Positions 1 to 16,050 of a stretch of DNA of 64,000 nucleotides are shown in pieces (the first letter of the stretch is position 1; each line of letters opens with the position of its first letter). Below the pieces are notes generated by a model. That model did not search any database and was not told the origin of the DNA. It saw only the letters and a list, made by a program, of their open reading frames with translations. Made by a program: the position numbers and the translations under genes. The stretch comes from Camelus ferus (Eukaryota): positions 94,428,001-94,492,000 of the forward strand of contig NC_045696.1 of the NCBI RefSeq assembly GCF_009834535.1, given 5' to 3'.

Positions 1-729
1 CATGTATAGTGTTAACCCATGCACTTTTTTGTACACATGAATTTAAAGATCTAAAGAGAAAATTAAAATACATAATTATGATTAAAATAAGTCCTATGAT
101 CAGAGAAAGAAATAAATAGGAGGACATTCTGTACAATTATTTTTTGATCATACTAACAAGTATCTCCACTTTATTAACAATTTAAAGGAATTGCTATTTT
201 ATCAATTAATTTTTAAATATTTTTTCCATTTCACCATAATTCTGCTGTCCTTAGGTGAATCTTCTGTTCTTTATCAAACTTCTTAAAAAATTGATTTTAT
301 TTTAATCATTCCTTTTTTCTTCTGTGTAAACTTTGTCTCATCTCATAGGTTTTGATAAGGAACATTTTTATACTTCACTTGGCTTTGGGGGTTTTTGTTT
401 TGTTTTGTTTTTATTTAATAAGTAGATATTCCATTCACACTTACTATAATGAGGAAAATATTTGGCATTAGTTTGATTATTGGTATTTTTGTTTTTTTCT
501 TTTTATGGTTCTGAAGTATTCCCTTTATACTCTTTTGTTCTATGATCTGTGTTTGCTCAGTTACACCTCACCCCTAGTAATTTGGAGTATATTAATTCTG
601 TTATTTGTTTTATTATTAGTTGTTTTTCTACATCATAGTGATGTACTTTCTCAATTTACTGGGTTCTAGCAACAACTAGTCTATTGATTCTCTTCCATGG
701 AAACTCAAAATATAAGCCATTTTTAGCAA

Positions 730-1745
730 ATGATTCTCAAAAACTGGTGACTGAATGAAGAAACAGGCACTTCCATGTACATTTCATGGGAGAGTAAATG
801 TTCAAATCCTTTTTGGAGGCAATTTAGCAGTTTTTCAACTGTTGATACTCCATGGCCCAATAATTTCAGTTTTAAGAATCTAAAAGAGATGCAGAAGCGC
901 AAAAAGATGTTTGTACAGTGGTGATTCCATTATGAAGAACCGTGTGTGTTATGGAAAAAAAATAGAAAAATATAAATACATATCCACTTGAGGATTGATA
1001 AATATACATGTATGTGTATATGTGCATGTGTGGTGTGTGTATCTTGATAAAATACATATCTTGATAAAAATATATATCTTAAAATGATAAGAAAAAGTGT
1101 TAGCCATCATTACTTTTGGGGAGAAGCATAGAAATAAGAAGTAACAAGAGGAAATTATATTTTATGCCATATTGTTTTAAATGTTTGCAATGATACTATA
1201 TTAACAAATATCTTTAAAGTTATTTTTTAAAATACTAATTTGGAAAAATAAACATTAAAGTATAGCCAGGAGAATTTCAAAAATGAAGAACAATGGGGTG
1301 GAAAGAATTTGCCCCAATAAACATTAAAGTAGTATGCTTGACAAAGAGATCATTTTGGAAAGATTTGATTACTAACTCACACCATAAACCTAAGTAAATT
1401 TTAGATTTATCAACTATTACAATAACAAAACGTTTATAAAATCAATAGAAGGAAATATTGCTTGTTACTTTAATTATTTTGGGTTTGGAATGGTCTTTCT
1501 GAACACGAAACTCCAGCCAGAAACCAGAACAACAACAACAGTTACATGGTTTGACTACATAACAATTAAAACATTCTGTGTGAACAACATGCCATATATA
1601 GATTGTAAAAGACATAAAACAACTTTTCTAAAAAGTATTTACAATATCAGTAGTAAAAAATTAATAACATAATGTGCAAAGTGTTCTTACCAATTAATAA
1701 TAAGAGATAAATGTGCCAAAAGAAGAAGATAAATGGCACATGTGT
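730..1745 (+). mobile_element. Old, degraded LINE-1 fragments (L1ME-like 3' end ~730-1220 and ORF2 3' remnant ~1250-1745)
   Basis: Resembles recalled old L1 consensus motifs (ggaggcaatttagcag, atttgattactaactcacaccataaacc, tttgactacataacaattaaaacattctgtg); no intact frame; boundaries approximate. Confidence 0.6.
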
Positions 1746-3060
1746 GACATCTTTCCTGTCTTTGTAATTGCAAATCCCAAGGTTTTGCCTTCAATGATCC
1801 CAAAGAGCTTATGGCACACAACCAGAATTCCACCCACCATAGATTTTCATACTTTTCTCAAGAGGAAATTAAACTTTAGAAGCTTAACAGATATTTGTCC
1901 TTCCTTACACAAAGCTTCCCTTAGCAACAGAATTTTTTCCAAGAGGAGAGAAGAGTAAAACGTTTTGGCGTTAATTTAAACCGATACTGCCAATTGCTAT
2001 TTTCTTATTTCCTCTGGTCATTCTAGATAGTTGAATATTGGAAACTTGAAGACAAACGTGTTTTCCTCCCTGATGCCTTCCTGTATTTGGCAAGCACTGA
2101 TGCTGTTCTGGGATTCTTGGGACCAATAAAATTTCATTTGCTCATTCTTAATTGGAGAGACATTTCACAGAAAGAACATCCACCTTTTTGTTGTTTGAGC
2201 AAAATAGCTCATGAAGCTTGCTCTAGATAACTGATGAATTTGGTCAGATACTGTTTTTAGCAAGTCAAGATATTAGTGAAAGTATAGAACTCAAACCCCT
2301 GTTTTGAAATGTTTGCTGGAGGTAGTTAGGGATTACCACCGAAGCATTTACCATAGTAGGAAATACTTTAATGAGTGCAAAAGATAAGCCCTGGCAGAAA
2401 GAAATCATGATTCAACAAACATTTTTTGAGTTTATACTGTGTGCCAAGTTCTCTTCCAAATACTATGAGACAAAGCCAGCAGACCATATAGAGGTTAGCA
2501 TGTGAACAAGGAAGACATCAGATGGTATTAAATGCTGTGGAATTATACTGATGCCAAAGAGAAAAATGTCAGTTCTTAGTCACTAGCATTTATCATGTTT
2601 GTTTATACTTCACAGTAAATATGTATATATACACATACATACGTACGTATGTACTTGCAAATATTTCAGAGGGTTTACCATGTTACCAAGAATGTTGTTA
2701 AGCATTTACATATATTGTTTCACTTGATCCTCATACTGATCCTAACTTGATAGGTATGGATCTAGATGTAGATAGATGCTTGCATAAGCACATTTTTATA
2801 ACTTGCTTTATTGTCCATTCTAGATTATAATTTCATGGAGAGAAGAAATCATGTCTTGCTATTCGTTTTCTCTATGCTTTTTTCTTTTTGTTCTTTTTAA
2901 ACTTCAATCCCTACCCCTTCTACCAACATTAAATAACCCATCTCCCTACATGAAGATTTCTTCCTCCAATTTCCAGCAATAAGTAGTGTTTGGGAAGACA
3001 TATCCAGCTAACTTTCTGTGCATTTATATAATACATATGTCAATGTTAACGTTAAATAAG

Positions 3061-3200
3061 GGGGAGGGTATAGCTCAGTAATAAAGCACATGCTTAGCAT
3101 GCACGAAGTCCTAAGTTCAGTCCCCAGTACCTCCATCAAAATAAATAAGTAAATAAATAAACCTAATTACCTCCTCCCAAAGCAAAAACAAACAAAAATA
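3061..3200 (+). mobile_element. tRNA-derived SINE of the camelid vic-1 type
   Basis: ggggagggtatagctcagt A-box head, B-box-like aagttcagtcccc, A-rich tail; flanked by AACGTTAAAT (3048-3057) and AACATTAAAT (3201-3210), a TSD with one CpG-type mismatch. Confidence 0.88.
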
Positions 3201-3859
3201 AACATTAAATGTATTTATAAATAAGGATATACTGACTTGTAACATGCTTTTTAACTTAATAATAGAACTTGATGGCTTTGTTTTTCTTTATCAGTCTGTA
3301 TGTGACTATCTCATTCTTTTTTAAGATTTACGTCATTTTCATTGAGTGGGTGAGAGATACTGTATTAAAACCTTTCCAAGGGATGGACACTTAGGACTTT
3401 AACAGTCTTTCTCTGTATGAGCAGTGTTGTAGAAAACACCTTTGCATATACATCTTTGTACTCACGTGGGCTTATTTCTGTGGGATGTATTTCTTCAGGT
3501 GGAATTGCTAGAAATAATGGGAGGCCATTTACCTTTTACAGACACTGTTAAGTTGCCTTTTATGTTTTTGTCAACTTACAGTTCTACTAACCTTTCTCCA
3601 TATCTTTGGCAACGTTTGATAACATAAATTTTTTTTTGCCATTTTGAAAATTTTTACATTTCATTTCTTGTATTTCCAGTATAAGTGTGTATGGTTATAT
3701 ACCTTTTTCTTCTGTGAACTGTTTGTTCATATTCTTTACCTATATTTTATTTTTCTTAATGACTTGTTGGAGTTACTTATATATTCTAAAACTTGGTCCT
3801 ATGTATATTCATTATATTACAAATATGTTTTTCTCAACGTGTCTTTTTAACAGTAGCAA

Positions 3860-4070
3860 ACACACATACTGTGGACAAGCACTGTCTTAGATACTTTACA
3901 TATTAACTCATTTACTGTTCGCAATAGTCCTATGAAGAAGGTTCTGTTATTATGTTCATTTTACACATAAAAAACTGAAGCATGGAGCAGTTCCATAATT
4001 TACCAAGGTCACATAACCAAATGGCAGAACTCTTTTGGAGCTCTGACTCCAAAATCTACTTTTAACTACT
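3860..4070 (-). mobile_element. MIR SINE
   Basis: MIR core-like: ttattatgttcattttacacataaaaaactgaagcatggagcagtt...ccaaggtcacata. Confidence 0.8.
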
Positions 4071-4912
4071 CAATTATCTTCATAGTATCTGTTAGAAAAT
4101 TCAAAAACTGTATGTAGAAATAAATCAGTTTCCTTTTCTTCCTTTATAGAATCTGGGTTTTGTAGCTTTTATGAGAAGACTTTTTACCACATACGAGTTA
4201 TGAACATAGTTTTCACAAATGCTTTCTATGATTTGGGGTTATTTTATGCTTAGCTACTTAGCTAAAATTCTTTTGGTGAATGATGTGAAATCTGGAAATA
4301 TTATTTTTTTCCAAGTGGATAGCTAATACTAAAAAATTTATTGACTGGGCTTTTTCTCTCAATTGAACATTCTTTATTATAAACTAAAAAATTATCTACG
4401 TGTGGGTCCACTTCAATACCCTGTGCCTTTTGCTTATTTGCCTGTTCCTGCACTAGAACTTAAATGTTTTCATTACTATAGTTGACAGTATGCTAGATAC
4501 TGTGTAAGGGAAGACATCCTTACTGTGATTATTTCTTTAAAATTTTCATGACCATCCTGCATTTTTTCCTTTCAAATGAACTTTCACCCTATGAACTCCT
4601 TTATGAAACATCCTGTTTTTATTTTTGGAGGAATGTACTAACTATGTAGACTAATTTGGGGAAAACTGTTGTATTAGATCTTTCTAATCAAGAACATGGT
4701 TTGAAATCTGCTATATCCTTCAGTAAAGTTTAATACATTTTACTATTGTAGATTTTTCACATTTATTGTCAGTCTTATTCTTTAGCATCTTTGGTTTTGT
4801 TACTGTAAAATTTTTTTCTTATGGTGATATTCTTATTTTTCCATGATGGTTTCAAATTAGCTGTTGCTAGTACTTGAAAAACTTTTGAGTTTATTTGTTT
4901 ACCTTTCTTATT

Positions 4913-8893
<3,981 letters not shown>

Positions 8894-8906
8894 TACCTTT
8901 CTTATT

Positions 8907-9250
8907 AATACTAGGAGTTTTTAATTTAATTTTCTTGGATTTTCTAGATAAATTATTATATGGAAAAAATGACAGTTTTGTCCCTTCCTTTCAAAACTTT
9001 AATATATACATTTTTATTGCTTTATGTTAGTTTTATTGCATTAACTAAAATCTCTACTGTATCATTGAAGGGTATCAGTGATACTCAATATCCTCTTCAC
9101 ATTCCTGACTTTAACAGGAATGGCCCTAAGGCATCAAAGTATTAGAAATCAAATTTTAATGTATGACTTCTCATATACAATATATCAAAATTAATCATGT
9201 TGTTTCCTGTAGATTTTTAGAAAATACCCTTTATCAGGTGTGGAAAGTTT
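8907..9250 (-). mobile_element. Continuation of the old host L1 ORF2 beyond the TSD
   Basis: ttttcttggattttctagat...gacagttttgtcccttcctttc...cacattcctgactttaacaggaatg is antisense ORF2, colinear with 4090-4912. Confidence 0.7.
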
Positions 9251-9394
9251 CATATATATGAAACCTTATTAGATAGACTAATTAGTACTATTTGTACAAA
9301 AAATAATGCTTCAATGCATTTGTTTACATACCTGTTCAAGAGGGTCCCTGGGATATATTCCTGAGAGTTGGTTTCCTGGATGAGTTACTTACAT

Positions 9395-10012
9395 ACTGCT
9401 GGTCTGTAACAAATGTTACACACTATTCACCCCAAATTTAGTAGTTTAAAACAACAAGCTTTTTAAAAAAATCTCAGAATTCTTGTGAGCCCTGAGCTTG
9501 GTAGCAGTTTAGTGGGGTGTGGTCCAGCTCTAAGCTATGTCGGCAGTTGTCTTAAATCTCACCTGAGGAGGGACTTATTTCCAATCTCACTCACATGTCC
9601 AAAGGCATCATTTTCTCACCACAGGGATCTCCCCAGAGGGCCAGTTACAGTGGCAGCTGTGTTCCCCCAGAGTGAGCCGTGCTCAGAGAGAGTGAACCAT
9701 GAGACTGTCCAAGATGGAAATCCCAGTCTTCTGTAACCTAATCTCAGAAGTGGTAGGCAATATTGCTGCCAGATTCTATTGGACATACAGACCAACCAAG
9801 GTCCAAGGGTAACCACTGTCCTGGTTTGCCTTGGATTAAGGGATTTTTCAGATTTTAATAATGTGACTTTCTGGCCTTAAAAATAGTTAAGTCCCAAGTA
9901 CACCTGGATGGTTGGTTACTTTACCTGGTACAGTATGGATGGGGATTATACAAGGGTGTCAATACTAGGAGGGAGAGAATCAGAGTCATCTTGGAAGCTC
10001 ACAACCATACTA
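9395..10012 (-). mobile_element. MaLR LTR (older MLT1 family) interrupted by MER81
   Basis: caccccaaatttagtagtttaaaacaacaa...ttcccccagagtgag...taacctaatctcagaagtg...attctattgg resembles MLT1 consensus. Confidence 0.75.
9805..9923. mobile_element. MER81-like hAT-Blackjack MITE
   Basis: About 118 bp with imperfect TIRs (agggtaacca ... tggttacttta); homologous in inverted orientation to 31802-31915. Confidence 0.75.
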
Positions 10013-10399
10013 GGTCATTAATTATGCCCAAATGCAGTTTCAAAAATTATTTCCAGATTATCTTCCAGATTGGCTACCATAATTTTACACTCCCACCAGC
10101 TATCCATGAGAGTACATGACACAAGTCATCTAAAAGAGTGAAACACTGGATTCTTATTTATTAAGGTTTATCTCATATTGTTCATCTTTTCTTTCATTAT
10201 CAATACAGTCTAGAAGTTCTTTTCATGATATTCTAGCTTAATAATTTACTCTTCATTTGTGTATTTTCTGCTATTCAGACATTTGCATAAAGATCTAGCA
10301 AAGTTACAGTTCTGCCTATTTTGATGTATAATATTATAAAATATTTAATAATTATCTAGTTACAAGCCAGTTAATGTCAACATAGACAAAAGGAGAGAG

Positions 10400-11340
10400 C
10401 AAGAGAAGTGAGCTTTAAAAACTTGTATGAGAAAACAAATATTGAAAATAAACTGAGTTTTCATTTCAAGAAGTTAGAAAAAGTAAGAATAAGCCCAAAC
10501 TACCAGGAAATAAAAAGTGGTAAAGATAATTGCAGAATTCAGTGACATTAAGCTCTGAGACAGACAAAAAGAGAGCAGAGAATGAAGAGACATTTATAAA
10601 AGTTAAAGGCTTTTGTTTGTTTTAATTCATTCTCTTTTGCTTACTCCCAGATCCCTTTGCCCCAGCAACCATGATAATCATTCTATTCTGTTTAATGTGT
10701 AATTTTTGTTTATATGTATTCCTGTAAATGTGTGTCCACTATATTTTATTGATATATTTCCATAAGTTTTGTCTAACTCTCCTCCTCCATGAATATCAGT
10801 GCAAAGAAGATCTTGAAGATCCTCATACATGCTCCCTGTGGATTCTCTATCTCTCTCATCTATTTTTCTATAAAAGGAAAGGGAGGATTTATATACCCAG
10901 AGGTAGAATTGCTGGATCACTAAATATGCTTAGTTTGTATAATTGGGGTCACACTGATCTCCAGAGGGACAACTCTAGTCTGTACTCCCATCATCAGTGA
11001 ATGAGATTTGCTTTCCCTCTTCATTCTTGTCAACACTTGACCCTGCCCAAAACTTGCTGGTCTAATCACTGTATAATAATACCTTATTATTAAATCAGTT
11101 TGCATTTCTATGATTATTAATGATGCTGAGTATTTGTTTACATGTTTTTACTGGCTTTTTGGATATTCTAAGCTTTTTCTTTTAAGATAATAAAACAAAC
11201 CCTTGGCAAAATTAATCAAGGTAAAAGAGAGAAAGTTAAAATAAACAATACACAGAGTAAAGAAAAGATGTAAGTACAGGAGGGGAAAAAACTAAAAACA
11301 AAATTCTAAAAGTTTTAGAGAGAAAGACAATCAGATAAAA
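10400..11340 (+). mobile_element. Old L1 ORF2 fragment split by an antisense old L1 3' fragment (~10615-11180)
   Basis: ttcaagaagttagaaaaag... resumes as aagataataaaacaaacccttggcaaaatt; the insert contains atatacccagaggtagaattgctggatca. Confidence 0.6.
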
Positions 11341-11345
11341 GGAGA

Positions 11346-11405
11346 TAGATAAATAAATAAATAAATAAATAAATAAGTAAGTAAGTAAGTAAGTAAGTAA
11401 ATAAA
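11346..11405. repeat. (ATAA)n(GTAA)n tetranucleotide microsatellite
   Basis: Read directly from sequence. Confidence 0.95.
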
Positions 11406-11620
11406 TGAAATCAGAGTTTTGGATTTCTCATCATCAACACCAGATGCTGGAAGATAATGTGGCAATATATTCAATGTTTGTTGGAAAATGACTTTGAATC
11501 TAGAATTCTGTCCTCAGTCTAATTATCCTTTGGTTGTGAAGGTGAATTAAAGACATTTTCAGACATGGAAAATCTGAAAAGTGTACTCTCCTTAGACTTC
11601 CCCTGAAAGAATTACTTACG
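11406..11620 (+). mobile_element. L1 ORF1 / HAL1-like C-terminal remnant
   Basis: gatttctcatcatcaacac...gaatctagaattctgtcctcagtctaattatcctt...aagacattttcagacatg matches the DFS...PRIL.P..LSF...KTFSD region of ORF1. Confidence 0.65.
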
Positions 11621-12503
11621 AGTAACTGGCTCCTAGTTCCCTATATGTGTGACTCTACCACTGCCCCTTAGGACAGTCCCCACCCCCTCCTTGGCACTTG
11701 TCTTGACTCCTTCCTGCATAGGAAACAAAGGAGAGAAAGAGGGTGTTTCTGTAGATTCAGAGCAAACACAGCTGTGTCCTCCACCAGGTTGATTCTGTTC
11801 TAAATATGCTTGATGTCTCAGCAGCGGAGTTAGGACATATTTAAAAGACTGCTCTGCTTTCTGCTAGCTCTTCCAGAATTTGGCATCTGCTTGTTTGTCC
11901 TTCTCACATCTTTGACCTACTGAATTCATATTTTAATAGGCTCCATTCTGAGCTGACATCTACCTTACGCTGTTCCACAGGACAAAATGTTATTAGGTTA
12001 AAAAAAAAACCAAAAACAACACTGTTTTGAGGCTGACAGAGGTAAAGGGACCTTCCCTGAGGAATTCCCCAGGTTTTACTACATCATTGTGCGCCTGAAG
12101 TTCCCTCTAAGAAGGGAGGATAAAATGCAACGCAATGTTACCAAATAAATTTGGTCGTAAAGCCATAGGGCACAGAGGTGATCCTGCAGGTTTAGTGCTT
12201 TAAAGAACCGCTTTGGAAAATTCTGATCTGGAATTTTGTGGCCTTGACTTTGACTCTTGTTCTTTTGATGTGCAATATCAAAACATTAAAAACTCCATCC
12301 TCTATTCTCCACCCAGTACCTAGTGAACAGCGTACATACAGTAAATGTTCCATAGAACAATAATTGAATGAAGGAATTCATTATTATAAAAATACTTTAG
12401 GAGTTGGATATGAATTTTGTGGTAAGCCATTGCTTACATTTATTCTGGAATGTAATTTCACTCAGAAACTGATCGTTTCCAGAGGGGGAAAAATACTAGG
12501 CGC

Positions 12504-15158
12504 TTTCTTTTTTTATTGACATATGGTTGACATATGATGTACAGTATTATGTAAGTTACTTGTGTACAGTATAGTGATTCACAATTTTCAAGGTTATACT
12601 CAATGTATAGCTATTATAAAATATTGGCTATATTTCCCATGTTCTATAATATATCCTTGTAGCTTATTTTATATGTAATAGTTTATACCTAATATTACCT
12701 CTTAATCCCTTACCCCTATATTTCTCTTCCCCCTTTCCCTCTCCCCACTAGTAACCACTGGTTTCTTCCCTGTACTCTGTCTCTGTGAGTCTGCTTCTTC
12801 TTTGTTATATTCACTAGTTTGTTGTGTTTTTTAGATTCTATGTATAAGTCCATATTAGTGATATCATACAGTACTTGTTTTTCTCAGTGTGACTTATTTC
12901 ACTTGGCATGATACCCTCCAAATCCATCCATGTTGCTGCAAATAACAAAATTTCATTCTCTTCTCTAGCTGAGTAGTATTCCATCATTTTTGTATACCAC
13001 ATCTTCTTTATCCATTCATCTGTTGATGGACACGTAGGTTGCTTCCATATCATGGCAACTGCAAATAATGCTGCTATGAACATTGGGGTGCATGTATTTT
13101 TTTCAAATTAGTGTTTTTGGTTTTTTCAGGTACATACTCAGGAGTGGAATTGCTGTATCATATGGTAATTCTGTTTTTAGTTTTTTAAGGAACCTTTTGT
13201 ACTGTTTTCCACAGTGGCTGCACCAGTTTATATTCCCATCAATGTACACGAAGATTCCCTTTTCTTCACATCCTCACCAACATTTGTTGTTTATGTTACT
13301 TTTGCTAACAGCCATTCTGACAGGTGTGAGGTAATATCTCATTGTGGTTTTAATATCCCTGATCATTAGCAATGCTGAGCATCTTTTCTTGTGCCTGTTG
13401 GCCATCTACATGTCCTCTTTGGAAAAATGTCTTTCAGTTCTTCTGCCTACTTTTTAATTGAATTGTTTGTGTGTTTTTTCTTTGAAGTTGAATATATAGA
13501 CTGTTTACATATGTTGGAAATTAACCCCTTATCTGTCATATTCTTTGCAAATAGTTTCTCCCACTCAGCAGGTTGTCTTTTCATTTTGTGGATGCTTTCC
13601 TTTGCTGTGCAAAAGCTTTTGAGTTTAATTAGACCCTGTTTGTCTATTTTTGCTTTTATTTCCTTTGCTTTAGGAGACAGATCCAAAAAAATATTGCTAT
13701 GATTTATGTCAAAGGGTGTTCTGCCTATGTTTTCCTCTAGGAATTTTAGGGGCTTGGGTCTTACATTTAGGGCTTTAGTCCATTTTGAGTTTATTTTTGT
13801 ACATGATGTTAGAGAATGTTCTAACTTCATTCTTTTACATGTAGCTGTCCAGTTTTCCCAACACCACTTATTGAAGAGTGGTATCTTTTCTCCATTGTCT
13901 GTCTTCCATCCTTTGTTGTAGATTAATTGATCATAAATGTGTGGGTTTATTTCTGGGCCTTCTATCCTGTTCCATTGATCTATGTGTCTGTTTTTTGTGC
14001 CAGTACCATACTGTTTTGATTACTGTAGCTTTGTAGTATAGACTGAAGTCAAGGAGTGTGATTTCTCCAGCTTCCTTCCTCTTTCTCAAGACTGTTTTGC
14101 CTATTTGGGGCCTTTTGTGTTTCCATGTAAATTTTAAAATTATTTTCTCTAGTTCTAGGAAAAATGCCATTGGTATTTTGATAGGGATTGCATTGAATCT
14201 GCAGATTGCCTTGGACAGTATGGTCATCTTAACAATATTGATTCTTCTAATACGAGAACACAGTATATCTTTTCATATGTTTGTGTCATCTTCAGTTTCC
14301 TTCATCAGTGCCTTACAGTTTTCTGAATACAGTTCTTTTACTTCCTTAGGCACATTTATTTCTAGGTATTTTATTCTTTTTGATGTGATGATAAATGAGA
14401 TTGTTTCCTTAATTTCATTTTCTGATTGTTTGTTGATAGTGTATAGAAATGCAACAGATTTCTGCATATTAATTTTGTCTCCTGTAACTTTACCAAATTC
14501 ATTGATGAGCTCTGGTAGTTTTCTGATGGTGCTTTTTGGGTTGTCTGTATATAGTATCATGTCATCTGCAAACAGTGACAGTTTTACTTCTTTTTTTTCC
14601 AATTTAGATTCATTTTATTTTTCTCATATGATTGCTGTGGCTAGAACTTCCAATACTATGTTGAATAACAGTGGTGAGAGTGGGCATCCTTGTCTTGTTC
14701 CTGATCTTAGAGGAAATGCTTTTAGCTTTTCACTGTTGAGTATGATGTTAGCTATGGGCTTGTCATATATGGCCTTTATTATGTTGAGGTATATTCCCTC
14801 CATGCCTACTTTCTGGAGAGTTTTTATTATAAATGGAAGTTGAATTTGTCAAAAGCTCTTTCTGCATCTATTGAGATGATCTTATGGCTTTTATTCAATT
14901 TGTTAATGTGATTTATCACATTGATTGATTTGCAGATATTGAAATATCCTTGTGTCCCTGGGATAAATCTTACTTGATCATGGTGTATGATCCTTTTAAT
15001 GTATTGTTGGATTAGGTTAGCTAATATTTTACTGAGGGTTTTTGCATCTATGTCCATCAGTGATATTGGCCTTTGATTTTCTTTTTTTTTTGTGATATCT
15101 TTTTCTGGTTTTGGTTTCAGAATGACGCTGGCCTCCTCTGAAATTTTTTGGAATAGTT
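12504..15158 (-). mobile_element. 5'-truncated LINE-1 with frameshifted ORF2 (RT and C-terminal domain) and 3'UTR
   Basis: Minus ORFs 14827-15057 ([17 protein letters not shown]), 14273-14602 (LSLFADDMILY RT motif), 13931-14227 ([23 protein letters not shown]), 13447-13830 and 12838-13083; T-rich tail at 12504. Confidence 0.95.
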
Positions 15159-15889
15159 AGGCCACTTCTAATTTCATGATGTCCTGTCTGTGAAACAAAA
15201 TTCACTAAAAGCCCTTAACTCTGTAAACGTAGTCAAAATCCTCTACTCTTTAAGCAGCTTGCTGTTGCAGAAGGCAATGGTCATTTTCTTTAGCTTCAGG
15301 CACATCATCATTCTGGATTCTTGGGCCTTATCTGCAAAACAATCTGTATTGATTTAAATTTGCATTGTGCTTCATTATATAAGTCTGAAATATTTATATA
15401 TCTATTAGGTTTACCGGGCTCAGCACTTGGATTTTATGTTTTTAAAAGTCAGAGTCCATATCTTCCGTTTCCTCTCTACCTTAACGTACAGTTTTTTTTT
15501 TCTCTTCAAGATTGATGTGTTCTTTAAAATTGCTCAGATTTGTAATGGATTTGTATCCATTAGGATACAAGTATATGGGATTATAAAATGGAAAATTACT
15601 GTCAATAGATTCTAAGTAAATGGAAGGGCTGTTCTGAAATTTAGAGGGTGATTATAACAAACACTTGCAACACCCAGCTGAAAAAACAAAACTCCTTGGT
15701 TTATGTGACCATCAAAATATCTGATCTGTTTTGGAAAAAATAATGATAAAATTAAAGTAACCAGGCAAAATTCATGAATTTGCCCTCTCTACTATTTCTT
15801 TTCCACTACCTCCTTTTCCAAAATACCAGAAACTTTTGTTTCCCTTATCAGCAAGAAGCAGACAGTAAGGTATGGGGTCCTACAGAACT

Positions 15890-16050
15890 GACATGTTTAG
15901 AGCTTGAGAAAATGACTTCTCTCTTAATTTGTAAAACTGTGCACATTGCTCCCCACCTCCTTGGGTTGATGTACAGAAGGATTACACAAGATGAAGTATG
16001 TAAAGCAAAGTGTGTAGCTCAGCGTGAGTGCTTTACAATGATTAATTCTT
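15890..16050 (+). mobile_element. MIR SINE remnant
   Basis: ctcttaatttgtaaaactg...cctccttgggttgatgtacagaaggattacacaagatgaagtatgtaaagca. Confidence 0.65.

Larger units (their letters stand above)
2900..4912 (-). mobile_element. Old LINE-1 (L1ME-like) 3' end and ORF2, interrupted by a SINE, a MIR and the younger L1 at 4913-8893
   Basis: Antisense L1 motifs (ggatggacacttagg, ggtggaattgctag, atgatgtgaaat...ttttttccaagtggatagcta); the same element resumes at 8907. Confidence 0.7.

Noticed and set aside
3061..3135. Bona fide tRNA gene
   Set aside because: The B box and stems are degenerate, and an A-rich tail plus TSD identify a SINE.
14058..14843. Longest ORF (261 aa, plus strand, hydrophobic) as a membrane-protein gene
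   Set aside because: It is the antisense shadow of L1 ORF2. The opposite strand encodes the RT motif LFADDM, and T-rich antisense codons explain the hydrophobicity.
12838..15057. Functional reverse transcriptase gene
   Set aside because: ORF2 is split over several frames and 5'-truncated, so this is a dead L1 copy.
12497..15170. TSD for the 12.5-15.2 kb L1 (taggcgctttct / taggccacttct)
   Set aside because: Three mismatches in 12 bp is too weak to assert.
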